Shown piece by piece: positions 61,818 to 64,000 of a DNA stretch of 64,000 nt; the first letter of the stretch is position 1; each line of letters starts with the position of its first letter. The position numbers and the translations under genes were made by a program. The DNA is from Halocafeteria seosinensis (taxonomy: Eukaryota), in the NCBI GenBank assembly GCA_001687465.1, contig LVLI01000231.1, positions 124,001-188,000 on the forward strand. The letters are read 5' to 3'. The notes under the pieces were generated by a model. The model saw only the letters and a list, made by a program, of their open reading frames with translations. It was not told the origin of the DNA and made no database searches.

Positions 61818-63547
61818 ATGTCGACTTCTTCTTCCAAGAAGCGCGTCCATTACTTTTATCAAGGTAGGCTGCATGCATTCGAAACCCATTGGATATGTTA
61901 CTATATTCTCTCTCTTCATCGTCTGCAGGTGATGTTGGCCACTATTACTACGGCCCGGGGCATCCGATGAAGCCTCAAAGGATGAAAATGGCTCATCATC
62001 TACTGCTCGGGTACGGCCTGTACAGGAGCCTGCATGTTCATGTGAGTGATCTACCATCTCATTGGGTTTACTCGTCCACGTGAATGACCTCTGCCACCGT
62101 ACTCAGAGACCGCACCTGGCGACTCCGGAGGAAATGACGCTCTTTCATAGTGACGAATACATAGATTTCCTGAAACGCATATCCCCGGAAAGTGCTCTGG
62201 ATTTGGCTCAAAATATGTCGAAATGTGAGTTTTACACCTGCGATCACGACCGATGGTAGAGAATAAGATTTTGCTGTGTTGGCTCCTTCAGTCCAAATGG
62301 GAGAATACACAGATTGCCCGGTGTTCGATGGACTGTTCGATTTTTGTAGGGTGTCGTCCGGAGCCTCTATTGATTCTGCCGTACTGATAAATCATGATCA
62401 AGCTGACGTTTGTGTCAACTGGGCGGGGGGGCTACACCATGCGAAGAAGAGTGAAGCTTCGGGGTTCTGTTATGTAAACGACATCGTGCTGGCTATCTTG
62501 GAACTTCTCAAGTGAGTGAGAGCTACAATAGCTAGGCATCTCCCTCGTTATGGGCGCAACACGGTTGTTGCTTGATTTGCAGATATCATCCGCGAGTGCT
62601 TTATATCGATATAGACATCCATCATGGCGATGGAGTAGAAGAAGCGTTCTACTGCACAGATCGCGTAATGACGTGCAGCTTCCACAAGTATGTGTGATAC
62701 AACTCACGCTTGCAGGAATCGTCGAGACACGTTGTCCGCCACAATCTCACCCGCTTGCAGATTTGGGGATTTTTTTCCTGGTACTGGAGATGTGCGTGAT
62801 GTTGGTCATGGCCCCGGGAAAAACTACTCCGTCAATTTCCCTTTGCGCCAGGGAATCACTGACGAAAAGTTTGAAAGCATTTTTAGGCCGATCATTTCAC
62901 GGATTATTGAATCGTATCGACCCACTGCCATAGTCCTTCAATGTGGGGCGGATAGCCTGACCGGAGATCGCCTGGGATGCTTTAATTTGACACTTCGAGG
63001 GCACGCCAAATGTGTAGAATACGTGAAAAGCTTTGGTCTTCCTGTTATAGTTTTAGGAGGAGGGGGATACACGATCAGGAATGTTGCCCGATGCTGGGCG
63101 TATGAAACTGCAGTGCTCCTTGACCAAGAGCTTCCTGATGCGATTCCTCCGAACGATTATGCTGAGTTCTATAGACCGGACTACAAACTACACTTAACTC
63201 CCGCTCAAATGGAGGACTTTAATACTACTGATTATCTGGAACGCCACAAAGCCGAGATTTTGGAGAATCTTAAGCAGATTGAACATGCGCCGAGTGTTCC
63301 TTTTCAGTCTGTCCCCCCGGACTCGTCGAATGTTGCTGGAAGGGACACAGATGAACGAGTTCCGGATGACGAACGTGCGCTAAGTAAGAAATCAGTAGTG
63401 CATGCAATCTGCCCCTGAGCGTATTCATACCTGGTTTTCTTGACCGTTGCAGCACGGGATGGGAGGAAACCTCACCCAGCCGAGTACTACGACGACGAAA
63501 AAGATAATGATCATCCAGGAGAGTTAGATATGTCTGCAAATGACTAG
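61818..63547 (+). CDS. Class I histone deacetylase (RPD3 family; HDAC3-like C-terminus); 6 introns
   Basis: [77 protein letters not shown]; tail [13 protein letters not shown]. Confidence 0.95.
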
Positions 63548-63659
63548 GTCCATGGGTTGTGTACGAGCAAGTTAAGCAGATCAGGGATAAGTTATGTGGC
63601 ATAGTTTCTGATACCTTAAGAGAAATATATCTACGAGTATGAGCTTTGGGTGGTTAGTC

Positions 63660-64000
63660 CTACTCGTCTTCTATCTTAGTTATCGAGAGAGTTTTCTTGC
63701 TTCTGCTTCTACCAGCAAACCCCCTCGTTAGAGGGTTCCCTTTAGCGGCTCTCCAGCTGCGTGACTCTACCGATTGGCGATGCTGCTTCTCCCTCAAGAC
63801 CTTCACTTGTTCTCGATAACTTTCAAGGCTTTCGGACAGACTTGCAATGTGCTGACGAAATGCCGGCCACTGCTCCTTTGTAGGTGGTTCCCTTAACGTA
63901 GCTACGCTCGAAACAATTGAAGAACTCGTGTCCTTATTGAGTAGTGCTGCCATTGGGTTCGTGCTGGTGACAAGCATATATCCTTCCTTCGAATCCTCTT
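63660..64000 (-). CDS. C-terminal fragment of a protein starting beyond the window
   Basis: Frame is open from the window edge to TAG at 63660 and includes a short coiled coil. Confidence 0.55.
   Translation of the reverse strand, partial: EDSKEGYMLVTSTNPMAALLNKDTSSSIVSSVATLREPPTKEQWPAFRQHIASLSESLESYREQVKVLREKQHRQSVESRSWRAAKGNPLTRGFAGRSRSKKTLSITKIEDE

Noticed and set aside
1..64000. Alternative genetic code, programmed frameshifts, non-canonical introns, tRNAs, transposons
   Set aside because: Frame changes in recognised genes are all resolved by canonical GT-AG introns, and all three stop codons terminate genes. No cloverleaf, transposase or RT motif was seen by eye. Most short ORFs in the track are antisense or overlap shadows.

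Overview
Gene-dense eukaryotic nuclear DNA (GC near 50%, standard code) with about 32 protein genes. Introns are almost all short (about 60-85 nt) canonical GT-AG, and intergenic gaps are small. Axonemal genes (CFAP77-like, RSPH14-like, TTLL), plant-type ALDH12 and GPAT9 point to a flagellated protist, possibly a stramenopile, but the taxon cannot be established from this window. Recognisable genes: INTS6, capping protein alpha, kinesin-14, Nup88-like, PP2C-fold protein, KCR, GPAT9, F-BAR protein, Frizzled-CRD-like protein, two tandem purple acid phosphatases, APE2, ALDH12, TPT-family transporter, DUF4460 protein, GPR180/TMEM145-like, SFT2, importin alpha, bL17 and a class I HDAC. There is also a solitary 5S rRNA gene beside a 77-bp tandem repeat. 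Main leads: (1) a 506-nt, extensively base-paired first intron of importin alpha, with H/ACA-like boxes and a helix that can sequester its own 5' splice site; (2) a 71-aa three-exon PIGBOS1-like microprotein gene missed by the ORF track; (3) a PP2C and a TTLL with substituted catalytic residues; (4) a capping protein alpha with an acidic LFGDSD-repeat extension. All family calls are from remembered motifs and all RNA pairings were found by eye; no searches or folding programs were run.
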